Shown: one piece after another, positions 51,976-64,000 of the stretch
How positions within the stretch are numbered: position 1 is the stretch's first letter
How the letters are laid out: each line of letters begins with the position of its first letter
DNA from: Paraspadella gotoi
Taxonomy: Eukaryota; Animalia; Chaetognatha
NCBI GenBank assembly: GCA_051294375.1
Contig: CM119266.1
Span: forward strand, 25,441,731-25,505,730
Direction: 5' to 3'
Length of the DNA: 64,000 nt
Notes under the pieces: model-generated
Database searches by the model: none
Told to the model about the DNA's origin: nothing
The model's input: the letters and a program-made list of their open reading frames with translations, nothing else
Program-made: the position numbers and the translations under genes

Positions 51976-52128
51976 GACTGTATTAAGATCTTTCAAATAA
52001 AAAATAAATAAAAAATCGAGGAAAAACTAAACGCCATATTGCGAGAATAGTACAAAATAACAGTTCTTTTTTCAAAAACAAAGTTTAGGACTAGAATCGA
52101 CAACTGCGAAGTGAACCGCTCGTTTCAA

Positions 52129-52570
52129 CTAATGCACTGGAACGACTTCGGTGAGAGCAAACCAAGCCCCGCAACGACAGCGTTTGGGATGCCCCTTGTA
52201 AAGGCGAAACCACGTAATACATTCTGGCTCCGGCTCGCAAAGGTGACCAACAAGGCGATAGTTAAATATGGATGGAATCAGACAGGGTTTGCTCTCGCTG
52301 TTATCCGAGTTGATTGGATTAGTCTCATGATTCCAAGGATCCTGGACGCCCTATGTGAAAGGCAAATAAGTTCATGAGACAACGCCTCTCCTTGCAAAAA
52401 AATCTAGAACGTACTTTGAGAAGAACCTCCTTCTCAGCACGCTCGATTCCGACAGCGTGATCCAAAGGGTCACCCATGTAAGCCCGCCGGGTCATCATCA
52501 CTGACCCAGTATTTGAAAGACGAAGAAAGGCGGTTCCCATGGAACGGGAAATCAAAAAAGAACGCAGCAT
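52129..52570 (-). CDS. Cytochrome c oxidase subunit 5B-like tandem paralog, copy 2
   Basis: Two exons (52570-~52415 and ~52350-52129), intron at nearly the same position as in copy 1. MGDPLDHAVGIERAEK|GVQDPW...LIPSIFNYRLVGHLCEPEPECITWFRLYKGHPKRCRCGAWFAL...*. Confidence 0.88.
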
Positions 52571-53728
52571 ATTATAAAGATTTATAGGCCGATGAAGTTC
52601 AATTAATAGGATTAGTGCCTACAATTGGAAAAAAAAAATTTCGACATGTAAAATTCAAATTGTATTCAATATTCAAATAATGTGCACACTGCACAGGGTA
52701 AAAAAATTTTAACGACATGATTAGGAAAATGAAGTAGTGTAAAGTGTAAAAAGGTAAACTGTCAACACAACACGTTTTTCTTAATATTGAGTCAAATTTT
52801 TCATGACTCATGCGATCATCTTAGCCACGTCAACATTTTTCACGAAGAGCCTTCCGCTTTCTTTTCTCTATTTTGATCTGATATAAAATAGCACTCCTCG
52901 TAAAACTCCTCCAATTCTGTGAAGGGCTGGGTTCCGGAAGACTGAATCGTGAAACGGGTGAGAGGCGAAACTCTTTGGAGTTCAATAACCTTGACCAACA
53001 AAAAGGAAATTTGTCGGGGACATAGTAGACGTGCTCTTTGTGGAAATAAAAAACCAACTTGTTAGCGCGAGCGCATTCAAACACGAATGAGACAGAAACG
53101 ACAGCGCCGCGACAAGTCTTGCAAAAATGTAATCCGGAACCTAAACGAAGTAGCTCATATTCAAGGCCTATAAAAGAAGGACACTCCAAAATCAAAATTT
53201 ATTTAGTATTTACCCTTTTCGTTAAGGGGCACCAAATGAACATTAACCGGCGACGTCTGATTTTGGAGGCGTTCTTCCTCATTTCCATCTACATTGACAA
53301 CCTCGTGCGAGGCGACGACGTACGTCCCACCACCGGCGACGACGACGTCACCGACCAGTTTCGCCTCCGCCGGAAGAGTCGAAGGCGGCAGCCAAAATCG
53401 CATCGGTTTCTCGCTATCCACATCCACGAATAGGGTCGAGCCGAAGCCGAAATTCCCGAAGCGAAAATCCCAGAAGGCGTCTTTGACTGTCAGAAATTGG
53501 TTCGAAGGGAGATGGAATCGTGTTCTGGCCGCCATGAATACGAAAAACGTCTACAATGCGGTTTTAGAGACGAGTTTCTTCGGACTTCCGACATTACAGC
53601 GTAAGTCTCTACGACTCTTTAGTAATGAATAATTGAAAAAAAAAAAACCCAAACAACAACAAAAACAACCTGAACCGAGCCTGAAAAGCAACGCGTTCCT
53701 TTCGTTTTATACGAAGCGTCTCTTTGGT

Positions 53729-55873
53729 TCATCTCAGTTTCCAGTCATCGTCTTCCGCCCAATCATCCTTAGCCCAGAAAGGCATGGGCGTTTCAAAGTC
53801 AAAATTAGGACCCGCGTATCTTAAAGCGTGGAGAAACATCACGAGATCCTTGGGCCGAGGATCCGTTGGTGGACGAAGACAATCCTTGCAAGTGTAGTCT
53901 TTGGAAAAAGTCGGATTTTCTGAGGAAACGAGAGTATTGATGCAAGACGTGCTGTCGGACGGCGTCTCCCTTTCGGCGCCTTTTTCCATTTCCCCTTCCA
54001 CGGTCGAGTTCAATCTCGTTTTTTTTGGCGGTGGAATTTCGTTCTCGGAAGTCGAAGCGTCGAGACCGGTGTCAGCGTCTGTATTTTTTAAGTCTTGGTT
54101 TTTATCCGTATCAGATGCAGAGTTGGATTCGCCACAAGATCGACGATTCTCATTTTCTCCGACCTCGTTCACCTTCTTCTCCATCAACTCTTCGAACACT
54201 TGAGGATCCAAGTAGTTGTCTATGGAATGCAGGCGTGAAGCATCCTCGACAAGTTGCTCGTCAGTTTTTCCGTCACAGTCTCCCCCACGACCGTTCTGAG
54301 AACCCCATACTTCGGGGCAATTGTAATAAGAATCGTTGAGTATGGGAAATCCGAGGTATTGGAGGTGAACCTACGGGTTACGAAGAAAATGTTAAATTTT
54401 CATAAATTTTAAACTATGTCAAAAATACTGACCCTAATCTGATGCGTCCTTCCGGACTCAGGGACGCACTTAACGACGCTTGATTTTCCGTTGAAGGAGA
54501 GTCTCTTGAAGGAGGTTCGCGATGGTTTTCCGCCGACCGGGTCGACTCGGACGAAGCCCAACTTGGACGAGATGTACCGCAAGGGGGCTTCGACGAGAAT
54601 TGGGGAATCGGAAACCGGAAATTCACCCTCCACCCGACAAACGTACTCTTTACGAAGTTCGCGGTTTTTAACTTGGGCAGCCAACTCCCTCGTCAGGGAA
54701 ATGTTTTTGACGAATATTAAGACGCCGGATGTGGCACGATCGAGACGGTGGATGGAGCGAAGGTTTCTAAAGAAAAAAAAAAAAAAAACAGGCATAATCA
54801 TTTTTCGCGCCCAGGAATAACTTAAAAACTGCTCACTTGTAACCCATTTCATTGGACAAAATCATGGTTATTGTGTTATAGCGGAATCGCCCGCAAGGGT
54901 GCACCGGGATCGATGCGGGTTTGTCCACCACCAAGAAGTCGTCATCGTCTCGTACGATGCCGATAGTCGCCGCCGTCACTGGCAGTTCATGACGGTGAAC
55001 GACGGAGGACATGAAGTCGTTGTTGCGCAATCGATACGTCGCGGAGACAGGGCGGCCTATGAAAGTGCGAGTTGGGTTAAAAAGTCTGATGCGATGAAAA
55101 GATCCCTTTGAAATCAAGGCTAACCGTTAACGGTGATGAGGCCGCATTTGAGCCGCGTTGCGTAGTTTTCTTCGATGTCGTATCGAAACTCGGATTTGAT
55201 GACGTCGAGAATTTCGCGTCCGAGCCAGCGACCACGGGCGTACGTCTGTAACGATTAGTAACAGTATAGAGACGGGTAATATTAAAAATTTTCATTAGAA
55301 ATAACGATCAATAGTTTAAAAGGTAATAGAAAATTCTAAATGTTTGACGATACGAAACATACACGAATGCCAACCTGGTACTTGAACAGGTAAGGAAGGA
55401 CCTTCCTCAATCCGTTTTCGAAGAAATAGCACGGTTTTATTTGATCGTCAAACGCGGGATCCACAATTCTTCGAGCGGTTGCCTGATATAACCAGACAGT
55501 AAACCAAATGCCTTGCGAAAGCGTAATTTAGTCAATTTCGACCCACCTCCCGCTTCTTTTGCTTCTCAAACAATTTCTTTTTTTCTTTTTTGAATCTTTT
55601 TTTCTGGGCCTTTGTCATCGGCGGCGGCGGCGACGACGACGACAACGTTCTCGTATCATTCACGCCCGGAGATCCCGTCGTTTGAGAGCAATGTTCAAGA
55701 CGTTCTAAATTCTCTTCTCCCTTCGCCGAATCTTCGCTAATTGGATTTTCTGTTTCGGCCTCGGACGAGATCTCCATGTTCGCGATAGATTTCGACTTGG
55801 TCCCGAGGAGGCAGCGAACAAGACGAGGTTTCAGTACGGAAATGTTTAGAGTTCGGATGGCGCGGGACACCAT
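53729..55873 (-). CDS. RPUSD2: RluA-family pseudouridine synthase, RPUSD2-like
   Basis: Six exons. YFFENGLRKVLPY, ARGRWLGR, VHRHELPV, VVDKPASIPVHPCGRFRYNT, catalytic HRLDRATSG, GRTHQIRVHLQYLGFPI, CKDC...MFLHALRY...PFWA. Confidence 0.9.
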
Positions 55874-56135
55874 CGGTTAACGGCGAAGTCCGCTAAGTTC
55901 AACATTTGAAGAAAGACTTGGAAAAAAAAAATAAAAAAAATAAAATGTAAAGAAAGACAATTCTAACGTAACGAGTAACGACGTAACAAAACAAACTTGT
56001 CGCAGGTAATCTCTTCCCCCCCCCTTTTCAATCACTTAGTCTCTATTACGTCTCTCTTTCACTTTCTGTTTCTCCCACTTATCGCAAATTCTCTCCCACG
56101 CCATCGCGTGTCGAAACTCGGGGAACCAAGTAAAG

Positions 56136-56235
<100 letters not shown>

Positions 56236-56359
56236 AGAGAATGATATCGATTAACCCAGGCGCCAACCCGGCTTAATCGTTTCTACTCTTTAGAGAGGAA
56301 AATGGGAGATTGCATAGAGAAGAAAAATCTAGAAAAGCGAGTGAAAAACAAGATCGTAG

Positions 56360-57542
56360 TTAATTGTCGTCGTCGCCCCCTTGAAATATTGCTTTGATGA
56401 GTTGTCGCTTTTTAGCCTTGACCTCCGTTGCCGAGTTTTTCTCGTTCCCTCCTTTTCTCTTCCTCTTGTGTCCACCTTTCTTCTTTTCTGCACTTTCCAC
56501 AGTTTCGTCTTCACCCATTGTCGTTGGTGTCGTCGCTGTCTTTGACGCCTTCTTCTGAATGACTGTCTTAATTTCGTCCTCCGTCTGTTTCTGATAAAAC
56601 TGCCACTCCCGCCGATTTACATCCTTTCCCTTGGCGAGGACCCGTTTGTCGGCCTGGGCTTTGTCGGCCAGGTCGCGGAAGTGGTGCGCCTCTTTGCGGG
56701 CGTTTCCAACCTCGAGGCGCATCTTCTGTTCCTCGACGGCTCGCTCGTAGGCGAGACGGTCGACGAGGTTATGCCACTTGAAGCGAGATAGATACTGTGA
56801 GTACAAGGAGACAAATTGAGAAAATTCTCTATAAGTAAAAGTTTAGATTTCAACACTCCAGAAAACTAGTTTGTAACAGATTGACTTAAAAATATATATT
56901 TTCATTGAGCTTAAAGCGGCTAACCTTCATGTTCCAAGTGTCCGCGTACCAGGGATGCCGCTTCTTACCGCCGACCACGGAACAGTTGAGTATTCGAGCG
57001 GCGCGTTTGGCGTCCGCCTTCCGCTTATACTCGACCCAACCTTCGACGTAATAGTTTCTCTTAGCCCGGCGCTTTCGAGGGTCATGGTCCTGTTGGAGGT
57101 ACACACGACCCAAGGGACCCAGGGCTCCGAGGGCTAATCTAATTTGCTGAAGGTCCATGGCCGTCGGAATGGAACTGAGGTAGACGACGCCGCGCTCGGA
57201 GCTTTTCTTGGATTTCGCCGTGCGAGAGGCGGCGTCATCGATGTCCATTAGCTCCGGGGGGTTAGGTTCACGGAAAGTTTCATTAGGGATTTTGCTTTCG
57301 GATTCGTCTTCGTGTTTAAGAAGTTCTGCGTCGTCCTCATTAAATTGAAGGCGATCACTAGTTTCCATTTCGGTGCGAAATTCTTCAGTCAAAGCGAATC
57401 GTTCATCGATTCCTTCGCCACTCTCCGTATCTCGTTTGTCTTCGCGATTGGCTGCATTTGTAATTTTACAGCGCTCGTCTAATATGCAATCTTTCAGCTT
57501 TAATTTGACTTCGTTCCCAGCGTTTTCTTCATCAGCGCTCAT
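56360..57542 (-). CDS. ABT1: Activator of basal transcription 1 / Esf2 (pre-18S rRNA processing)
   Basis: Exons 57542-~56925 and ~56794-56360. RRM-like GVVYLSSIP, LGRVYLQ, EGWVEY, VGGKKR, DTWNMK|YLSRFKWHNL. Confidence 0.92.
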
Positions 57543-57710
57543 TTTCACGATATAAAATGTGTCACAATAATAACATTAATTTAACCTGGAGATCGAAATG
57601 AAGCGTAACAAAACTTTGGTAACTTACCAATAACTTATATAAATAGAAAAATCTAAAAACTAAAATGGAAAAAGCTCCTTCATTCAATTAAGTAAAGCAG
57701 ACGTCAATTA

Positions 57711-59256
57711 TCAATAAAAAACGCATCGGACCTTGTGCACTGGGATTTTAGCCAATCTGGCCTCCTCTTTCTTGCACCACGTCCAGAGAAAAAAATCAAC
57801 AAGGATCGAATTGACGGCGGCCTCTCCATTTCCGCGCTCCCTTAAAGCAACGCGGGTCCGCTCTTTGATCAACTCGCAGGCGTGAATGGAGCAGCCGCGA
57901 ATCTCTACCTCTTCCCTTTCGCCAGATTTCATCAGAGTCCCGGCCTCTAGGCGCCGCGTTAACGCCGGTGAATACACGATGGCGCCGGTAAAAGCGAGCG
58001 CCTGAGGGACGCGATAATCGGCGAACATCGTGAGGGAGTCGATGTCGTGAAAGGAGCCCAAACCGCGACCCTAAAAGAGTTTTCACCCAAATATGCGGCG
58101 ATTAAAAAAAAAGAACTCAGATCCTTGCAATAACCAATGATCGAGATAAAATAATGGGGATGACGGGGCAAAATGGTGATGCTAAGCATGTTTTTTAGCA
58201 AATGTAAAGCAATCAGTTGGAAAGTTCAGCTATTAAGACAACAAAAATGGAATTAAGATACTTCAGGTAGCTAAAATTAGCAATCCCCATCTTACCCCAT
58301 GTCCCCGTCTTGCCCTGTCTTACCCTACTTCAATTTCCTCAAGGCCAGAAACAAAAAAAAAAAAAAACCCATCGCTACACCTGAAAACATCCCCAAAGAT
58401 CAGCGACCAAAATCTGCGCGCGCTTGTAGAAGCAGACCGTCTTGCTCTCGAACATCGCCTCGTCAACGAAGGAAGGAAAATTTTCGACGACGAGGTCGAC
58501 GAGCCGTTGGGCGGATCCTGCCGCTTCGAGGATGCAATTGACAAATGAACCGCCGAACTTCTTTAAAAGCGTCCGGCCATTGCGATGGAGAATTTCCAAC
58601 CGCTCGTCGAAAAGCGGGATTTCCTCTTCCGTCTCGGATCGAAAGATGAGCTGAAGTTGCGAAGCGGAGATGCCGGCGAAGACACGCGGAGAAGTTAACT
58701 CGAAACCGGACGCTAAGGATCGATTGACCTGAGAACGGATATCGATGGAGACAAGGAAAAACGATTTTGTCACGACGGGGCACAACTTTTTGGTCAAGAA
58801 CTTCAAATCGAAAGTTCCGATTTTCATCAATCAAAAGAACTACCAGATCAACAAAAAAAAAAATGATCGCTCTGTACCAACTCAACCAAAACTCACAAAC
58901 GACTACACCCAACCCACCGCGGCGCAAAGGCTCCAGTATCCCGTATAACGCTCGCCATCAAACTCAACGGCGAACCTTTTCTCCGCCGACTCGTCGCTCC
59001 AGAAGGAAAAGTTGAGGGAGTCGACGAAGAAAATCCAGTCGACGACAGACTCGGCGTCTGCCCCCGATGTAGTCTCCACGGAAGGGTGGAGCTTCTCCGC
59101 CGACCAGCAGGCCGGGCCGAAACCTTCCTCCGCCACAGCCCTGGCCAACAGCGCCGCCGCAGCCTCGACGCCGACGGATGAGACGGAAACGTCTTTGGCG
59201 TGGGCGGCAACGAATGCGCCCGCGGGGGCGGGATGAAGTCTGGTTGTGGCGGTCAT
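57711..59256 (-). CDS. QNG1: Queuosine 5'-phosphate N-glycosylase / queuosine salvage protein (C9orf64, DUF2419)
   Basis: Exons 59256-58918, 58728-58381, 58070-57711. WIFFVDSLNFSFW, YTGYWSLCAA, FYKRAQILVADLW, LTMFADYRVPQAL, EVEIRGCSI, NSILVDFFLW, HKVRCVFY*. Confidence 0.93.
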
Positions 59257-59999
59257 CGAGAAAAAGGCGATGAAGTGACGGAATGAAAAATTAGTTTGAA
59301 TTGTCGGAGGGAGGATATGTGGACGGATTCCCTCGCTTGACTCTGGGCGATAATAATATAGAGAAACGTTGAGACTTAACTGTTTAGGCATTAATTTATG
59401 AAAATAAGAAATCAAGCTTCTCCACGGCGTGGACCACGCTCGGAACAATGGGTAAGGTTCACCCAATTCAATCTCCGGCAAAATCGCCAACAATGAATCA
59501 CCGATTCATGGGAAGTCATCGTCCTCTTCATCCATCGCCACATCGAGAGAATGCTCGTTTTATTCTGCTCCGAAGGACCCGATGGCCCGGATCGAGCATA
59601 ATTGCCCCGACAACGAGAGGAAGAAGAAAAAAATCTGGAACATAATCCTGTAGGGTCGCCATCTGCCTTTCGACAAAAGACAAAAAAAAAGAAGCCACTT
59701 GGTAGCTTTAAATACACCACTATTTCTTTTTTAATTTTCAGGGAAAAAAATTTAAAGAGCTATCGATTGGTGCAAGAAAAATTTGAATTGGTTGAGGCAG
59801 TAGAATATACAGTGTGTTCCAATGGTACTGTCGGTTATTTTTTACATATTGTGCGGAACCGTGTTATTAAATCTTATTTCTGAGATAACAATGTCAAGAT
59901 AAGTTCGTTACCATTTACTGATACTATATTTCATATTAAAATTTCTATATAAAAAAATTTCTATATTAAAAACTGGAAGGACGCAGAAATACGTCCCGA

Positions 60000-62900
60000 C
60001 GAAAGAGCCCTAAGAATCCATGGAATGACATAATTTCTATCGTTAAGATCTGTGACGTCTCAAGAAGTACTAGCCTAATGTTGTCACAAAAATATTAATA
60101 GAGTCCCTCATATGAGCAGGAATCAATCAATTATGGAGTGTTTTGCCGCAGTATCCAAAATTAGAGGCAAAAAATTAATGATATGTCCAGTCATTTGTGA
60201 GTAAAGACGGTTTGGCTGAAGCCATAAAACCCTATTTTCGACCTCAAGAAACAAGTACATGTGTGCCAAATTTGTCTAACGAGTCCACAATTTATACCGA
60301 CCTCTTCAACCCACACTGTCTTTGCAGAGACACATCCAAAGGTCCTTCTTTTCTAATCTTATGAACTCACCAACTCCATTCTCGTCGTTCAGCTCAGGCA
60401 AACAAAACTGTTGAAGTTTCTGAAAAAAATTCGCTGGAAAATCCGTGAAAACTGTGAGACCAAAAAACATTGAAGACAACGTTACTTCTGAGAAAAACCT
60501 AACACCATGAAAAAAAATCAGTTATTAATTGGCAAGTCCGTCAAACAGGTGCGCTATCTCATGGAAAGGTGCAGATCTCACCTGTACATCGCTATTTGGG
60601 AAACGTGGACCTCCAATCCAACCAATGACTCCATAAAAGCCTATATTGAAAGCAAGGGTATCAGCTTCTGGATTCGTTCAAAACGAATGCAAACAAAATC
60701 GATTCAAATCCTTTCATCTCACTGTAAAAAAGAGCGACATCAGTAAAGTCGACAATCCGGACATGTGGCCCGAGATATCGTTCATTCGCCGGATACTTTT
60801 TCCAAAGAATGAAAAGCAGTCCTCAAGAATCAACAGAAACTCTGTAATGGATCCTAATACATCCACATCAACTAAGTTGACCGTCTCAACTTACAACAAT
60901 CATGGTCTACAGCGAAGTAAGGAATATATCTATCGGCTTCTGTAAGAAAATGAAATCAAGTGATTGCTCTGCAAGAACATTGGCTGCGTCCTTCTCATAA
61001 GAAACATGTCGGGGTAAACAAACTGCGATCTGTTCACCTAAAATATGAAGGCTACGGTACATTCTGAATGGACATGACTCAATACATAGAGGTTAGACTA
61101 TGGGGGAACAGGGTTTTTGTGGCCAAAGAAATTTTCAAGTAATTAAACCTCGTTACGAATATAAGCATAAGCGTGTTTCAGTCTTGCAAGTAGGATGATA
61201 AAGATTACAATCTGTTTGTTTATTAATATTTCATGCACCATTTTTCGATATGAAAAATAGATTAGAAAAAAGAGATGGACTATAGAGATACGTATAGGTT
61301 TTTGTTGAATACATTGTTATGATAATAGAAACTGTAAAATAATTTTATTTATGGATATGAACTGGTTAATTTTTTTGACTTACCGCCACCCATTTACAAA
61401 AAATACTAAGACCTTTCAATATGTTCTTAAAATTTCGTATCATGCTTTTGTAAATGCCTATTTTTGATCCTTTAACTATGTGGACAAGAAAGGACTCGAA
61501 ATCGTACTCATTAATCGATGGGATATCTTTAATAAAAGTTTATTCACCTTTTGATCATAATGTGAAATTTGTTACGACGGTTGATAATGTTTCTGATCAT
61601 TATCCAGTATTCATTAGACATATTTGTTAAGCTTTAAAAGCCAATAAGGTTAGTCCTTTAGCAGAACTCCATTTGTTAACTGGAAAAACTTAAATTAGAA
61701 AGATTTAAATCATATGAAACAACTTATCTTTAGAATTAGACAAAATTACTGTTTCCCGGTTGATTCCCTTATTACATGGCGAAAATAACATGTGATGACA
61801 ATCATATTTTAGTATTGGAACGATATTTTTTGTGACATTGTTCACTACAATAAAGTAGCTGACGCTACTCTGCCACGAACTCTTCCTTATTATTCAAAAA
61901 GCCTTTTGAATGATGATTGATCACATTTTAAAAAAAGCAATCAATTGAGCTGTTTACGTTTGGCGTAACTGTGGAAACAAATAGGTGGTTCTATCTTTAA
62001 TGCAAAAGTAAAAAAGCTATACAATGCTATAAACATGCTATAAAAAAGCAAACACAAGAAGAGTCAAATTTGTAAACTCCTGACAAAATTATTACGATTT
62101 AATGAATGAAAGATTGTGTGTAGGGTTTTGGAACTCATGGCGTAAATGCAGGGTAAACACGGATATTAATAAATGATTGATGGTTATTTGTGACAATACA
62201 ATTGCTAATCACTTGCTTTGAATACAAATCATGTGTATTGATGATTTTAATGCTGAAAGTAACGAACGACTGAAATCAAATTTTGGTGAAAATATAAAGC
62301 TACTGTCAATCTTTAGCAGAGACATCTATTAGACCATACTTGCATTTCATGGGATGAGTTCTAACCGCTTTTGAAGTAAAGCAGGTAAAATCTTACGCCT
62401 CTTTTATTACTCCAGAACATTTGATTCATGCGTGCCCTAAATATTAATTCATATTCACAGTTACTTTTAACAGTTTTATTCAACCACGCCTATGTTTGTT
62501 CAGACTTTTTAGATGGACTAATTATTCACAATAGTGAAAGATTACAGTGGTGACTTTGTACCGTCTCTAGATTACCGAGGAAATAAACTCTGTCATCAGT
62601 TTTAGTCAATTGTTGAGCACTTGTCTCTTGTTAAAATTTGGGCATTATCTTTTTTCAATGACTGCAATTTGTTATAAGAAATCTCATTCTACTTCTCATG
62701 CAATTGTTTCACTCTACGGAACCTGCATAGATTATTTTCATGTTCATGGTTCGGGTGTTTACAGTACATTTATGGATTGCTAGCAAGGGTTTTGACAAAG
62801 TGATCATTATGGTCTTTTTACTAAGCTTATAGATCGTGGAAGTGCCATTATGTTCTTAAAAATCTTGGTATACTGGTTATAGCAATAAAAGTAAATGTAG

Positions 62901-63870
62901 ATGGAAAAGTAACCATTATGATTCATTTGTAGTGTCTTCTGGCGTACGCCAAGGAGGAGTCCTCAGTCCCTTACTTATGGGCAGTATATGTCAACGATTA
63001 ATTTTGGCACAAAAAAAATCAGTTGTGGTTGTTACATAGGGACATATTTTTGTAGCATGGCATATTTTATGCAGACGATATAGCATTTAACTTTCACCAA
63101 CGATAAGAGGTATGCAAGTCTTTAATTGACATTTTGTGCCAAAATATGCCAAAGGATTTTTGTTTACATTAGCTTCAAAAAAACGAAAGTCATTAAGTAT
63201 TTTGGGAACGTGGCAAACTACAATTCAAATGATATACTTTTTCTCGATGGTAACTGTATCGATCTAGTTGATAAATGGACATATCTAGGCGTCAACCTTA
63301 GGTATGTGAAAGAGACAGCTTGTTTGAGCCAAGCAAGAATGAGTATTCTTTTTTTAGATCAAGTAACTGTTTTGGATAAATGCCTTGTTAAAACCCTTCA
63401 GAGGAATTTATTGATGAAATTGTATTATACTAACTGTGTTCCGGTTCTCCTTTATGGTTGTTGAAGCTAAAAATTTTTCTGTACGTAATATGAATAGACT
63501 TAATGTTGCGTAAATGTGTGTACGAAAGATTTTTGGATATAATCGGATGGGAAAGTGTGAGAGAACTTAGGAGTATGTTTGGATACACGACTTACTCTAC
63601 AATTTTTAATAAATCGTTAAGAAAACTTATCTCAAGATATATACAATTGATAAATACTGTCTTCAGAAACTTTGTTCCATTTTTTATTTTCAACATCAAA
63701 GAACAATTTAATTGTTTAAATTTAATTAATTAATTTTTATTTAATTAACTGTTGTTTTTTTCTCTCTATTTTATGTTTTTTGCTTAGACTTAGTCTTCTT
63801 TGTTTGTTGTTTGTGATGATGATTGTACTGAATCAACCTCATTGTTATTTTCGAATAAAATCGCATATAT
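60000..63870 (+). mobile_element. Decayed non-LTR retrotransposon (LINE; CR1/L2-group-like) with ORF1, APE endonuclease and RT remnants
   Basis: Frameshifted fragments. ORF1-like SFHLTVKKSDISKVDNPDMWP (~60700); APE LTVSTYN (~60877), VIALQEHWL (~60960), SDHYPV (~61592); RT GVRQGGVLSP (62941), YADDI (~63068), WTYLG (~63277). 3' end AATAAAATCGCATATAT. The 5' boundary is approximate. Confidence 0.88.
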
Positions 63871-64000
63871 ATTCGAATTCAATTTTTATCATTTTTTTTT
63901 GCCAGAACATTCAATTTAAATGAGTCATAATTTCTCACTTTTTTAATTTTTAGATATTTTTTATTTTAAAATAAATTTATTAAAAAAATTATGTAAAAAA

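Overview
Eukaryotic (invertebrate animal) genomic DNA: compact and gene-dense, with mostly 40-300 nt spliceosomal introns, (AG/CT)n microsatellites and one short N gap near 10520. Manual exon assembly gives: a B-type-like muscarinic acetylcholine receptor (+, 5' end outside the window), PYROXD2 (+), a tetraspanin (-), tRNA-Glu(TTC) (-) and TMEM67/meckelin (+). These are followed by 12 recognisable protein genes that are all on the minus strand (in transcription order QNG1/C9orf64, ABT1, RPUSD2-like, two tandem COX5B paralogs, KIF19-like kinesin-8, dynein light intermediate chain, ELP3, SPOP-like MATH-BTB, TBCC, OST4, ALG8). A decayed LINE lies at the right end. The top finding is a 37-aa OST4 ORF, absent from the ORF track, that ends only 39 nt before the ALG8 start codon in what appears to be the same exon. 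This is a candidate bicistronic mRNA coupling two N-glycosylation components. Other findings: further operon-like tight gene pairs, an apparent excess of GC-AG introns, COX5B paralogs with a His-for-Cys zinc ligand, and a 1-nt frameshift in the receptor gene. All gene identities come from recalled family motifs; no database search was run.
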